The translations under genes were made by a program, and so were the position numbers. A model generated the notes under the pieces. That model saw only the letters and a program-made list of their open reading frames with translations. It was not told where the DNA came from and searched no databases. This document shows positions 42,930-57,201 of a stretch of 64,000 nt of DNA, in pieces. Within the stretch, counting starts at the first letter, position 1. Every line of letters starts with the position of its first letter. The DNA comes from the human T2T-CHM13v2.0 reference genome, Homo sapiens, in NCBI RefSeq assembly GCF_009914755.1, contig NC_060929.1, one strand, 5' to 3'.

Positions 42930-43521
42930 GTTGGGGGATGGTTTCAGGATTTAACTGTTCCACCACTGATCATCGGGCATTAGTTAGATTCTTATAAGGA
43001 ACATGCAACCTAGATCCCTGCCCCCCGCAACCACGTACAGCTCACAGTAGAGTTCACACTGCTAGAGAATCTAATGCTGCCACCATCTGACAGGAGGTAA
43101 GGCCAGACATGGTGGCTCACACCTGTAATCCCAGCACTTTGGGAGGCCAAGGCAGGTGGATCACCTGAGGTCAGGAGTTTGAGAACGGCCTGGCCAACAT
43201 GGCAAAACCTGTGTCTACTAAAAATACAAAAGTTGGCTAGGCGTGGTGGTGGAGGCCTGTATTCTTAGCTATCCAGGAGGCTGAGGCAGGAGAATTATGT
43301 GAACTCGGGAGGTGGAGGTTGCAGTGAGCCAAGATAATGTCATTGCACTCTAGCCCAGGTGACAGAGCAAGACTCCCTCAAAGAAAAAAAAAAAAAAAAA
43401 AGATGACAGGAGGTGAAGCTCAGGCCGTAATGCTCACTTGCCTGCTCACATCTTGTATGGCCTGGTTCCTAACAGGCCACGGACCAGTACTGGTCTGTGG
43501 CCCAGGGTTCGGGTGCCCTTG
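42930..43521. mobile_element. MER1B-like hAT element, split by an Alu
   Basis: 'ggggatggtttcaggat...gcattagttagattct...gcaacctagatccct...gttcctaacaggccacggaccagtactggt'. Confidence 0.8.
43101..43402 (+). mobile_element. AluSx-like inside MER1
   Basis: TSD core tgacaggaggt at 43088-43098 and 43404-43414. Confidence 0.94.
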
Positions 43522-45544
43522 TTTTGCTTGCCTTACCAGTGGGATGACTTGCCTTACCAGTAGACATTAGGGCCCACCCCAAGCCTCAGGACTCCCCTAG
43601 GGGGCAGTTATAAGGTTTTCGTTTTTTTTTTTTACCAAAATTTTATTAAAACTTCAAGACAAGAACAGAAGTTAAAAAGTAGGAAATAAAAATCTTGTCT
43701 TCCCTTATGGAAATCCTACTCTTCAGAGATGCCACTTAAAATCTTGCTGTTTATCGTTCTAGACTTTATAATGGCAGGTTTTAAAAAAATATCATCAGGG
43801 TATACTTAGGGGAAGAGGCGACATCGTTGTAATTAAATACCCTGGGCCTCTCTGAGTAATGGTTCCCTGGATTCTCTAATCCCACACTGTGCAAGCCACT
43901 GAGGGCCAGCCTAGACCTTAGCAATGCCCAGAACCAGACCAGAGGATATCTCTCTTGGACATCATACAGTGACTATTCAACTTCAAACACCACACAATGA
44001 TGAGTTTTTCCAGGACATTCCACCCACTTTTTAAAATAAAACATATTAGTGTTATAAATCAATCGAATATGGTTCGTAATAGCAATAATGCCCTTGAAAT
44101 CTGTTAATCTTGCCATTGAAAAACGGTATGCCACAGCATTTGCTGCCTTGGCTTCACCTTGGGGTATTAACTAACAAATCAGTTATTAGCCAGTGGTAAT
44201 GACCAATTTTCGAGAGATGATTGCTTAAATATCGCCCACCTTGAAAAGAGGATTATTACTCAACCGAGAACTGAACTCTTATTTTCGACTCAGTAGAGCT
44301 AATGATCTTTTCTCACACCATTTTGTCTCCCTCCTCCAGGTCCCCCCACCCAACCCCCCTTGCCTCATCTTCTTTCTTCCTGGTATGAGGTGTGTGGGGA
44401 TCACATGGTTACATAACTACTTCCCTCTCAGCCTCAGTGACTTGAGTCCAGGAAAAGTTCCATATTTAATATTTATTCACCAAGCAGCGGTGGATGAAGA
44501 CAGATGGTAATGAAATCAGTCTTGCTGAGAGTGACCATAATGATAATAGATTCTTTATGATGTCCAGGAATTCTGGACTCTCAGTCTCTGCTTAAATGCA
44601 TGTTGGCGCCAACTCTGTCATCTTAAGCCTTAGTATTCTTGTCATCCTCCTGACCTCTCCTAGACCAGAGCAGGCAGGCTGTGCTAAAGACATCAATCTG
44701 TCGTTCTCCTCATATAAATGCTTTAAACACCTATAGCCACAAATGACTCACCAGCAGAGATTTTTTCAGAAGAGGAAAAATGAGAAGATAAAATAAAGGC
44801 ACCCCTGCAGCTCTAGTGGAAGGGCTGGCACTGGTGTTCGGGCTCGTTTTGCATGTGCTGCCTCTGTGCCTGTAACTGGTCCTGAACAGCCCAGGTTACC
44901 CATCTGGACTTGCTGGGGATTTCAGAATGCCTCCTCTCCAACATCACTTTGTTGGCCTGGAATGAAACTGGGAGAGAGGGTGGGATAGGGAAGAAAAAAG
45001 GGGAAAAGGGAGACATAAAACGAAGTAGAGTTGGCAAAGAGTCACGCTCCTGTCAAACGAGTAAACTCAGAACACTGATTGCACTAGAGATAGCAATGTC
45101 CTGGGTCAAGCAGAGCTTTTTTTCAAGCAATCTGGCAGCCCTTTTTAGTAATAGGAGGTAAATCATTCTGACGTTCCTTGCTATCCAAAGCATTAATCAT
45201 GTTGAATTCCTTTGTTGTTCTGGGGTCTGGATCAACTGTAATTCTACAGGAATTCCATTGTAATCTAGTATTAATTAATCTCTGTGTTATATAGAGTGGT
45301 GCCAAAAACCTTTCTCTGCATTTGTTTGCTTGTACATCAGTTATTAGCTTTGTGAATACCTAACTCTAGCTGGGGAACAGTTACTCCTCTCTCTCGCTCT
45401 TTTTTTCCTCTCAGTCTTGGAAATTGTCATTTTCCTTGGGTAGGAACTAGGGCAGCTCACATATGAAGGAAGACCTTGCCTTGTTACACGAAAGCATTAG
45501 GAGGGGGTGGGAGGCAAAGATGGTGAGAGGGCTGGTTACAGTCC

Positions 45545-45680
45545 CCTTGTGGTTTCCACTCCAGCCCTGCCCTTCCCAGCTGTGTCACTTTTGGGCAACT
45601 TATCTAACCTCAGTTTCCTTATCTGTAAAGTAGACATTATAATTGTTCCTACTGCCCAGGATTTTTATGAAGATTAAACA
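45545..45680 (+). mobile_element. MIR fragment
   Basis: 'ttgggcaacttatctaacctcagtttccttatctgtaaa'. Confidence 0.7.
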
Positions 45681-46604
45681 ACAACCAGCTCTTTCTTCGG
45701 TGACAACAAAGGCTGCCCAGGGAGTGGCTACGTTTGATGGGATGGTCTTCAGTCAGTGACGCTGCAGGAGTCTTCCTTCCAGGACGTAGGGTCTTGGGGT
45801 AGAACATCACTAGCGTTACTCCAACTTGAAGATTTTGAGTGTTTGCAGGAGAAACCATGTGTTACTGGCTCCAGGAAACACCTGCCTGCCTCTCAGCTCT
45901 TCCCAGAATATGCCTAAGCAATAATAGAGGGTCAGAGGCTGAGATTCTTGGTTTTTCAGTGGTAAATAATGAATGTTGCACCAGCTGCTGGCAGACTCTG
46001 AAATCTTCTGTTTTAAAATGCAGAAGGAAAAAGAAACACAATAAAAATATCCAATATGCATTTATCTGGTACATCATCTTTAAATAGCTCCCTTCAGATT
46101 GCAAAAAAGGTAACTCTATCCTCCTTCCTGGCTGGCTCTCTGCATCCTGCCACAAAACAGGGCTATTGGCCCTCGATTTTGACCTGGTATAAAAAGCAGT
46201 ATATTTTTATGACCTGGTAACAGTCACATTTCTACACCATAAAATATTAAAGCAGGCATGACAGTGCCTTTAAGATCTTTGAGGCAGGTGCTATCAAAAT
46301 GTGCCCCTTTATTATTTATTTATTTGACTCTTTTTGTATAGTGAGGCTTAAATGCTTTTCAGGCCAAATAATTAAATTCCATTATGGAGAGCGGGAATTG
46401 TTGGCAAAATATACTCACTCTCGCTATTAGACCCTTCAGTCCCCAGCGGAACTCCATGGAGGGGAGTAAAAAAAATCTGGCTTATATTTATATGTAAGAT
46501 ATGCAGTATGACATATTGGGCCCACAGGAGTGATGCTACATGAAAAAACAAATAGGGAGGGGACTGCTAGAGATCCTTCTCTCCTGGCCAGCAATCTCCT
46601 AGAG

Positions 46605-46934
46605 CAGGGGTCTGCCAACTATGGCTTGTGGGCCAAATCTGCCCATTGCCTGTTTTTGTACATCCTATAAGCTGAGTATGGTTTTGACAATTTAAATGGT
46701 TGAAAAAAAGTAACAGAGGAGTAATATTTTGTGGCATGAGAAAACAAAATGAAATTAAAATTTAATTGTGCATAAAAAAGTTTGACTGGAACACAGCCAC
46801 ACCCATCATTTACATATTGCCTATGGTTGCATTTACATTCCTTCAAGTTGAGTGGTTGCCACAGAGAACGTAGGGCTGCAAAGCCAGAAATATTTACTGT
46901 CTGGCCCTTTACAGGAACAGCTTGCTGAACCCTG
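46605..46934. mobile_element. MER58B hAT MITE
   Basis: TIR-like ends cagggg.../...ccctg; 8-bp TSD tcctagag/ttctagag. Confidence 0.88.
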
Positions 46935-47159
46935 TTCTAGAGGAATTTGGACTTGGGCTCTGGAAAGGATAGCATGGGGGCTAGCCGAGTTCAAGATCCT
47001 TTATGCTGTTGATGCATTTGGATGTTGACTTTGATTTGATGAACCTGATTGTTTTTTGAAATGGACACATAGGCCGGTTAAGGGAAGAGGACAGGCATGC
47101 GCTAAAGTAGTTTTTGGATCCCATAACCCTCCCCTTCAAATGCAGCTCCTGGGATTGTA

Positions 47160-47960
<801 letters not shown>

Positions 47961-48214
47961 AATCCTCCTGGCATAGGCCATGCAGTGTTGGCATCACCTT
48001 CTGCCTGTCTGCTTCTCCAGCGGTGTGTTAGCTTTTAAAATTTCTATATCCTTGCTCTCAAGGAGACCTGTGACTAGTAGGAGACACAGACATTAAACAC
48101 TTCTTGGCATTTCACTTTCCTGCCATCTGCACCCTTCCTCCTGGATCCTGTTGTCTTTTAAGGCTAACCTGGTTATTTTCCATGAACCCACAGAAGGTTG
48201 AGAAAAGCTTCCTG

Positions 48215-48686
48215 TGTGTGGCAGACACTGTCAGGCTCCTTTTAGATCCCTTTGGATCCATTTCACTCTCCTTCCCCTGATTGCTTTTGCTTCTGTGACC
48301 TGCTCCAGTCACTCTCTTCAAAGGACACTTTTGGGCAACTGAAGTGGCTTACCCCCAAATCTCAGATAGGTGGAAATGCCTATGGGTTTATCCACCAGGG
48401 GCTGTTCTTGGTGAACAGCTGACTTGTGCAGAGGCATAAAATCCCAGCTTCCTTACCTCAAATGTAGACAAACTCTGAGGTACCCAACTTTCACTCCTGG
48501 GTTCTCTGTGGAGTTGGGTTGAAGCTGCTCTCCATGGGAAAAGGCCAGAAATCAAGCCTTTGCTCAGCTTCTCCCCCCTTCCTTCTTCTCCCTTACCAAT
48601 TTCTCCCGGGAGCATTTCCTTAACAAATCTCTTGCCCACATGCCTTCCTCTCTGAGTCAGCTTCTGAGAAATCTCAGGTAACACAC
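48215..48686 (+). mobile_element. ERVL LTR16-like LTR
   Basis: 'ataaaatcccagcttcctt...gacaaactctgagg...gagcatttccttaacaaatctcttgc...tcagcttctgagaaa'. Confidence 0.6.
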
Positions 48687-49919
48687 TCTGCTTTTGCATC
48701 ATAGAGAGGCACATACACATTGAATCTAAAGAAAGTACATAATGGGAATATCAGCCACTGTGGCAGACCAGGGTTTAATATATTTTTTGGTTGGTGGGTG
48801 GAAGGCATGAGGCCTAAGACAGGAGGACTTTGAAGGGCCATGAAAATTGAATCATGTTGGTGATGTACTATTTTGATAATATGTTAGGCTTGTTCTTAGT
48901 AAAGGAATCGCATAAAAAGAGGAAGCTAGGAATGCCCTTATTTGAGCAATAAACGTTAAAAAGAAAATAAAAGTAGCATACATTTGGTTTTAGGGGATGG
49001 CAGAGCAGGAGTCATGGGGGGAGAAAGGATGATTTTACATTTAGGATGTTCTATGTCAAGGTCCATTCTAGCAGATGTGCTAAGCTCTCCTGTCATCATT
49101 ACCGACATGCCAACAAATCTTTTCATCCTGCACATGCCGGCAGCTTATTTAAGATCATCGGGCCCAAAATGACATGGTTTTTGTCTTCCACCAGATGGTT
49201 CAATTAGTCAAGATTCTGAAAAAGCCAACTGGAACATTCTTTTAGCCCCATCTATTCAAGTCAGCCAACACTTCAAAGCTGGGTGGGTGGGGATTCTGAG
49301 AGCAACAGATTTCCCAGCCCCAAGGCATCAGGGTTATTACTTTTTGATGGGCTCCTGGAGGGCTGTAGGAGGCTGCCAATGCACTTTCTCCATTGGACAA
49401 TGCCAACGCCAGAAGAAAATGGGGAGAAGAGCTTCCTTTCTGTTGGACTGTTTGGAGTGAACAACCTGTTAAGGACTTGTCATGGAAGAACACCTTTCCT
49501 GTTCTCCTGCCACAACACACTCCAAGTCACATAATCATGTTGATTTTGATTGTCTAGTATCTTGGTGCTACCTGGATACCTTTGCTTGAATGATACATGG
49601 AATTAGTTCCACAGTTCTTCCCTTGAAATTAGCATATTAATGTGGCAGATTGATAATGCTAGAAGGATGGATGCTTGAACACACAGGCTGCCTTCTTCCA
49701 AGGGCTCCGACTAGCAGCCCTGTTTTAGAGTGAACCTCAGCACATTGGCACGAAGTCACAGGGTTTAAAATGTAAAAGGCATCATCTAGATCATTTTTTC
49801 TGGAGGAAAATGAGGGCTTACATTGATGACATGAACTGATTCAAGGGAAGTTTGTTGGGCCCATATGCTAGAGACTGATGAAACAGAACAATTTTTATTA
49901 CAATCTCATATTTTAAGGA

Positions 49920-50165
49920 GGCAACTTGGTGGTGGTGAGAAAAATGAGAAGAATCTGTGCTTTCTAGTCAATAGACATGGGTTCAAATCTTGGCTTTCCT
50001 ACTGGGTATAATTTGGATCAAATGCTGAAACTCCCTGAGCATTAGTTTCTTCACTTTAAAAAACTGGGAGAGAAATAGCTCCTTTGCAGGGGAATTAAAT
50101 TTTAAAAAATCTGTAGAAAGTGTTTAATACAAAGTCAGCCCGTAGCAAGGGCTACACAAATGTTC
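49920..50165 (+). mobile_element. MIR
   Basis: 'agacatgggttcaaatcttggct...ctgagcattagtttcttca'. Confidence 0.65.
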
Positions 50166-50825
50166 TCATTCCCTTTCTTCTCCCCAAAGACACAGAGCTA
50201 ATTAATGGCAAATCTGGTTAATGGCAAATCTGGTCTCTAGTTCTTCTGACTTCTGGTTTGGTATTTCTTCTACATCATCTTTATTTGTTCCATGATTTCT
50301 AGTTATTCTGAACAATTTTATTCTTATGAGTATGTTGATGAATAGCATTGCCTGAATGTAAACATTTGAAAATTATGAAGTATAAAATGGGAATTAAACA
50401 TTACTGTAAAACAGGACTCATATAGTCATATTTTCCAGGAGAAATGAGAAAGTGGGGTGGTTTATTTCAGATACAGAATAACAAAAATGATTGATAATGG
50501 TAAAATTGATATTATTTAATAAAGTCAACAAATATGTATTGAGCACTTGCATTAATTTGGCACTGGAGGTGACTCAGAGCTGATTGAAGCAGATATGGCA
50601 GATACGGTCCTGTGCTTAGCTTATGTAAGGGGGTGGGTGGGGTCAAGAAGGATTTGTTCTTTAAGTAAACCCTGACTCATTTTATTCCCTTTGAGCTGTG
50701 AAAGATACAGCTAAACAGAGGTAAAATAAAAGGAACCTCTAGTAGACACAGCTTGCAATCAGAATATGGGACTCACGAGAGATAGTAAAAGCTGAAAATG
50801 TAGTTTTAAAAAATATTTAGGAAAA

Positions 50826-50982
50826 GGCAGGGTGAGGTGGCTCACACCTGTAATCCCAGCTCTTTGGGAGGTTGAGGCAAGAGGATCCCTTGACCCAAGG
50901 AGGTTGAAATTACAGTGAGCTGTGATCATGCCACTGCATTCCAGCCTTGGGGACAGAGAAAGATTCTCTCTTTAAAACAAAA
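50826..50982 (+). mobile_element. Monomeric Alu (FRAM/FAM-like)
   Basis: Single arm of about 155 bp with a short A tail; flanking ttaggaaa repeat. Confidence 0.8.
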
Positions 50983-51124
50983 GTTAGGAAACAACTTTGA
51001 TGATAGATAAGTAGCTGTAAGGTGAAAGAAGGATATTTTGGGGGATATTTCCAATCTTTGAGGATAGCGTTAAAGAAGACAGACCTGTTTTCATACTTCA
51101 TTCTTTTAGCAATAGGTTGGAGTA

Positions 51125-51345
51125 ATAATAGCTTCTGTTAGTGAACACTTACTAAGCACCAGGTGTTGTGCTGAGTGTTTCGAATGCATTATTTCAATCT
51201 TCACAAGATGGGATGGTAAGTTTTAATATAATCATTTTTACAGATAAGGGAAGTTGGAGTGCTAGGAGAGGTTGATAAAGTGACCCAAGGTTAGCCTCAA
51301 GGTTCAGATTCAGGCATTCTGACTCCAGAGCCCAGGACATTCACG
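51125..51345 (-). mobile_element. MIR
   Basis: 'cattttacagataagggaa...gacccaagg...tctgactccagagccc'. Confidence 0.7.
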
Positions 51346-51399
51346 TCTCAGCCCAGTTTTGAAGGAGACACACCTGGTAGGCTTAGTTAGCTCCGTGCT

Positions 51400-51530
51400 T
51401 CACAACCATGCACATTGGGCAATTACTGAATATCTCCGTGATTCAGTTCCCTCATCTGTAAAATGAGTTTTGTCCCAGGGTTGTGCTGAGGATCGAACGA
51501 GATAATATTAATGAAAGCCAAGTGGTGAAT
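51400..51530 (+). mobile_element. MIR core
   Basis: 'tcagttccctcatctgtaaaatgag'. Confidence 0.7.
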
Positions 51531-52284
51531 CTGCCAGGCAGGTAAGGTGATCAGCTGTCCCAGCCTTCCAGGGACTTTCCCATTTTTAAACTTTAAGTCT
51601 TGTAGCCTTGGAGACTCTTCAGTTGTGGGTAAATCAGCACAGCTGGTCACTTCCATGCAAGTCCCATTCCAACCTGCAGAATATCTGGGCAAAGCGATAA
51701 TAGATTTTGGAGAACAGGAAGCAGCTCAAGGAGGCAAATGAATTTCAGCTGGTGTTTGAAGCGGCTGTCAACTCTTTTGGGTTGAAAGGCATCAGGGAAA
51801 TTCTCCCTGATAAAGCCTGTGAGAAAAGTGGGGGAGTTAGGCAGAGTTTGGGAAACAGGATGGTTGCCAAGCCGTGGTGCTAATGCTTCGCGTCTGGAAG
51901 CCTCTGATGCACATTCTCTTCTGGGGTGCTCAGAGCCTAGGGGTGACTTACTGACTTAAAGGGGAGTTGGAGGGGGAGTCCAGGTGGCAAACTCAGCCCT
52001 TTGACATTTTGAGATACAGCTTTCCCCATTTCCCCTTTTATGGAACAGATTTTGGTGGATTTGAATCTGACTTTGCCACTGACTAACTGCATGATATTGG
52101 GAAGCTATTTCACCTCTTCCATCTTTAGTTACTGCATCCATAAAAAAGGAATGATGAGAATCCCAACCCCCTATGATGTGCTTAGGATTGAATAAGAAAT
52201 TGTGCTTGGCATGAAGCACTCAATTGTTGGTTACTGCTGTTGCTACTACTATTACTAGTTCTACTTAAATTAATCTATTAGGGT

Positions 52285-52441
52285 AGCATTGTCAAATTTT
52301 GCAAAAAACGGTTTAGGCTTCCTGGTTAAATTTAATTTAGATAAACAATAAATATTTCTCAGGACAAGCTTATGCTAAAAATTATTCATTATCTTAAATT
52401 GAAATTTAACTACGTGTTCTGCGTTTTATCTGGCAGCCCTG
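52285..52441. mobile_element. MER53-like palindromic hAT MITE
   Basis: 'gttaaatttaatttagataaacaa...tatcttaaattgaaatttaact...ttttatctggcagccctg'. Confidence 0.65.
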
Positions 52442-53149
52442 TGTTACGTAAAATAACTATTCTGGTTATATCTCAGATTTGAGGGGTTTCCCAAGACCCA
52501 GGACTTTTAGTTTACAACTGGAATAGCCACAGACAAACAGGCATGATTGGTCACCCCATTAAGTCTGGTAGCTGTTTAGATGGTCACATTTGAAACTTAA
52601 ATGATGGTAACAGGCACTCTAATGATACACACTCAACGTAAACATACACATGCAATGTTTTACACACATTTTCAGGAATTTCTTGGACTTTTTGAAGCCT
52701 ATTCATGAGTTCCCGGTTAAGAACACAAGCTCCCCCAAATCATCCAGATTCCAAATACTTATTCTTCTGGCAAAACTTGTGACGATCTTATGAAGAGACT
52801 CAGGAAATAGGTGGTAAGGGATCTGTGGCCTACTAATCACTTCCAAACTGAGCTTTCAGTAGATTAGAACATTGATCAATAAAATGAAGATTAGAGCATA
52901 TGTCTATGTAGCATAAAATGAGGCAGACTCTGTGTTGAAATTAATTCACTTAATTAATTCAGGCCTTCTAAATCCAATTTAAGGTCACAGTGATCTGGTT
53001 TGGCGGTTCGTATTGATTGAATTGACTGAACTTATTTACTATTCCACTATATGAAGAATTGAGGCAGGGCATGGACCTATCAGAGTCTGGGAGATATTAC
53101 AGAAAAATTGAAAACTGTATATGCTTGCCTAGCTCTTTCTCTTTTTTTT

Positions 53150-53885
53150 GGTATTTATAAAATATAGTGAAATATACATACAAATGACTGAATGTAACAA
53201 ATCAGGACAGTAAAAAGAGTGTTAATAAATAACCAACCACATATTCACTAACAGCTTAAAAACTAGAATATCATCAATAATTTTGAAGACACCTCTGTGC
53301 TGTTTATTGTCACTGTTGTACAGTGCTCCATTGAATACAGACATCCAACCTATTAACCATCATATCATTGATGGACATTTGAGTTGTTTCATGTTTTGTC
53401 TTTATTTTTCTGATTACAAACAATGCTATCAACATTCTCAACATGTTTTCCTGGTACACATGCATTGACAAGAGCTGCTCCAACATGTACATTTAGGAGC
53501 GGAATTGTTGGGTTGGAGAACAGATGTATTTTCTACTTGATGTTGATTGTTTTCCAAGGTGTTTATGGAAATTATAGCCCCACCAGCAGTGTAGGGGAGT
53601 TCCCATTGCTCCACATCCTCACCAGTGCTTGGTATGGTCAGGCTTGTTAGTTGCTGCCTATCTAGTAGATGTAAAATAGTATCTCACTGAGATTAAGCTT
53701 TTGTTCTTATTACTTATAAGGTTGAAAATCTTTTCATATGTTTATTGCTATTCATTGTTTCCTTTTGTGTGAAATGCTTGTTCATGTCTTTTGCTAATTT
53801 TCTCTTTTTTTTTTTGGTCTTCTGCTTAGCTTTTTTGCTTATATATGTAGCAAATATCTCTTTCCGGTTTGTGAATTTTCTTGCC
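53150..53885 (-). mobile_element. Ancient L1M(E) fragments
   Basis: 'ttgatggacatttgagttgtttc', 'ggaattgttgggttgg', 'cccattgctccacatcctcacca'. Confidence 0.75.
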
Positions 53886-53929
53886 ACTCTCTATACAGAA
53901 GAATTTGTTAACTGCTTGTGCCTGTCATA

Positions 53930-54070
53930 TTTATAATTACTTGTTCAATGTCTGCCACTCTGAACTTCCTGTAAGCTCTATGAGGACAGATACTGAGTCT
54001 GTCTCTATCCCCAGAACTAATGCAGTGCCTGACCTACATAGTAGGTATTTGATAAGTATTAATCTAGAAA
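53930..54070 (+). mobile_element. L2 3' end
   Basis: 'tgtaagctctatgaggacaga...cagtgcctgacctacatagtaggtatttgataagtatt'. Confidence 0.7.
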
Positions 54071-54209
54071 TAAACCTGCATGTCAATGTATTGTATAATA
54101 GGGAGGGGTTCTTTTCTTTTTGGTTGTTGCAGTTTTTAAACTGCCATTTACAGAGGAAGGCAGAATAGGCTGGGTGGAAAATCTTTGTCATCTAAGCATG
54201 ATGAAGACC

Positions 54210-54400
54210 ATGGGATCTGGGGTACCATTGCTGCTTACTAGCTCTGTGACAATGAGCAATTAATTAACCTTTCTGTGCATCAGATCCTTCTTGGTAAAAT
54301 GCTACCTATCTCATAGGATTGTTGAATTAACACATATAATATAAGGCACTTAGAGCAAAGCCTGGCACAAAGTGAGCACTACATTAGTGTTTGCCGTTAT
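54210..54400 (+). mobile_element. MIR
   Basis: 'ttactagctctgtgac...tacctatctcataggattgttg...cctggcacaaagtgagcact'. Confidence 0.75.
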
Positions 54401-56185
54401 CATATTCCTGCTGAGTAAAAACCTTGCTGAGGTTTTCTGATTACAAGTTTGAGAATTGGAGTCAGAGAGTTCTAGTTTATTCTGCATGACAGAGGGGCAA
54501 AGATCTGAAATTATGGGGGCAAGCTTGGTGTTGGGTGGGGAAAGAGTTGGGTAGGATACTTTCTGGGGATGGGGTGCCTGAAAAGGGATTTTGAAAACAG
54601 GACTGTCAACTATGAATTAACACTAGCAGAAGCCTTCTAATTGGATGTGACAGGAGCAGTAGCATAGTTAATGAAAACAAAAGGTTAAATCAGGATATCA
54701 TAAAAAACACATTTATATGTTTTATTTTAACCTGAGACACATAAAGTATGTGTTCTTTACTCATCATCTGACATCTGGCCAAGGTCTGTTTTCTGGCCAG
54801 TGTCTGCTATTGGAATTTCTTGCAGCAGGCACTCCATCCATAACACATTATCTACGAATTCTAGTTTTTACTTTTTTTTAACTGGAGCACCACCTTAAAA
54901 AAAACTTGAGAAGTAATCTCAGGACAGAATCCTTCCAGAGGTTTACTCCTATCCCCTTATCTTTTATAGTGATCCTTTTTCCCCAAAGATTGAACCTGAC
55001 AGTAATTTCTCTCTAAGCCTGTTCAAAGCATTCAACTTCATTTTGATAGAAACGAGAGCTGTATTTTTGTACTCCTATTTTTGTCTGCTTGTTTATACTG
55101 AATTGAATTACATAATCACCAGACCAGCACAATTGCCACAAGCGAGTTGGGGCATTCAGACTGGGGCATCGGTTAAAAGCTGTACAAGGTCACGGGTAGC
55201 ATGGATTCATCCAGTGGGTCAGTCAATAGAGGTCATTCAATGTGACTTCTCATGTAGCTTGCTGGAGGACACACACTGTCTTCTCTCTGAGATCTTCAGT
55301 TAAATCCTCATTGTTCAACATTAGCTCTCTGAGTGGATTCTTTGGGAGCAACCTGAGGAGGGGCTGAACTTTACATCTGGGTCCCTTTAGTGGATAGCAG
55401 AGATAATCTCCTGGACTTGGGAGCCAGGGAAAAGCAGGTAAGAGAGACTAAGCTCTTAGAAATTACAGAAATCTTGGGGGAGATGTAGGGCTTCCCCCAT
55501 ACCACAAGAAGTGGGAATTTAAGGCAATCCTCTTTAGATTTAAAGGGCCTGAGAAGACCCAGATGGCATTATAAAGAAATAAATGCTTAGATGTTAATTC
55601 AAAAGGAAATTCTCCTGTATCTTTTCATAGATGTTTGCATGTTATGAGAAGACCAGAGAGAGATGACTTTACAAGTTGCATTTTTCAGTGGGCAGTGGAT
55701 TCTCTTGACAGAAGATCAGTAGTTAGGCCAAGTTTGTCTTCTTTGTTGTCTCTGTATGCCTGAGGCTCAGCTTAGGAGGGGTTTGGGGTGGGAGGAAGGA
55801 AGTGGGAGGCTTTGCCTATACAGAGTTGGGGGGCATCCTGCCTTGGGGTGTGAAACAATGCCTCTCTCATAAAGCAAGTGCCTTGCCATGTTTATGGAGC
55901 ACCTGACAGTTTATAACCAAACTGTGATTCCAGGGCTGTCCACTTCACACCAAGTCTTAGTCACTTGTGAGGCAGGTATAATACCAGCTCTTGGGGGTAC
56001 TAACAGCCTTGTAAAAAATGCAGATTTGATACTAGAAATTAAAACTGTGCTTTTTTATTTTTTAAAAAGCCCTACAAACTGAAGCTAGACAACTTTATAT
56101 AAACTTTGGGAGAAATCATCACAGCAACTTACATGTAAACAACCTCCGTGCTTGTTGACGGATGGACTACTCAGAAAGTCCACTG

Positions 56186-56679
56186 TGTTGACCTAATGGA
56201 AGAAACTGAGGCAAAATTAATATAAGTAGAGAGTTTATTTGGGTCAAGTTTGAAGACTGCAGCCTGGAAGACATAAATTCAAGTTGCCCTGAATATATCC
56301 TCCAATTAGCAGCAGTTACAAGTGAGTTTTGAAATAAAAAAACAGGGACAGTTCTTAAGCTGTTTGTCAAGAATTTGCATTGGTTCATAAAAATAACATA
56401 AGCCATCAATTTGATGTTCATTGTTCTTTGTATCACAAATTCCAGGAACATGAAGATAGTGGGTGAGGGTCATGTTGTGCAACTTGTGGTGACATTTTAG
56501 GAAATTTATCAGCTAGTTTGGGAACTACAGGGAAAGAAAGAAAAAACAAAACGCCTTGAAACAATTACCCCTGGGCATGGCTGTGGGGGACCAGACTGAA
56601 GTCTCATGCTCCTGTCACTTTGGGCCTGATAAATTTTCCTTACAATCTTCAGACTGCTCTGAGACACATTTCTTTCTTA
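56186..56679 (-). mobile_element. MER4-group ERV1 solo LTR
   Basis: 'tgttgacctaatggaagaaactgaggcaaaattaatataagtagagagtttatttggg'; 4-bp TSD actg at 56182-56185 and 56680-56683. Confidence 0.7.
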
Positions 56680-56792
56680 ACTGGAACATCTGATTCAAAC
56701 TACAATCCATGAAAGTCTGTCAGATTGTCACTGCCTGCCTATGGCAACTGAAGATGCTTCAGAAACTCTAGAAAAACTAGTTTATAGACTAC

Positions 56793-57201
56793 AGTGATAG
56801 TCCTTTTTTGTGTCACTATCAAGGAATACCTGAGGCTGGGTAATTTACAAAGAAAAGAGGTTTATTTGGCTCATGGTTTTGCAGGCTGTAGAGGAAGCAT
56901 GGCAGCAGGTTGCCTCAGCTTCTGGTGAAGTTCAGGAAGCTTCCAATCATGGCAGAGGCAAAGTGGGAGCAGACGCATCACATGGTGAGAGCAGGAACAA
57001 GAGAGAGAAGGGGGGGGCCCAGATTCTTTTACACAACCAGATCTCGTGTGAACTGAGTGAAAACTCGCCCATCACCAAGGGGATGGTGCTAAGCCATTCA
57101 TGAGGATCCACCTCAACGGTCCAGTCACCTCCCTCCAGGCCCCACCTCCAACAATGAGGATCACATTTCAATGTGAGGGGACAGAGATCCAAATCATAGT
57201 A
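56793..57201 (-). mobile_element. MST-family MaLR solo LTR
   Basis: 'aaggaatacctgaggctgggtaatttacaaagaaaagaggtttatttggctcatgg...atccaaatcata'. Confidence 0.9.

Noticed and set aside
43529-43561. 13-bp direct repeat ttgccttaccagt
   Set aside because: Small local duplication with no further structure.
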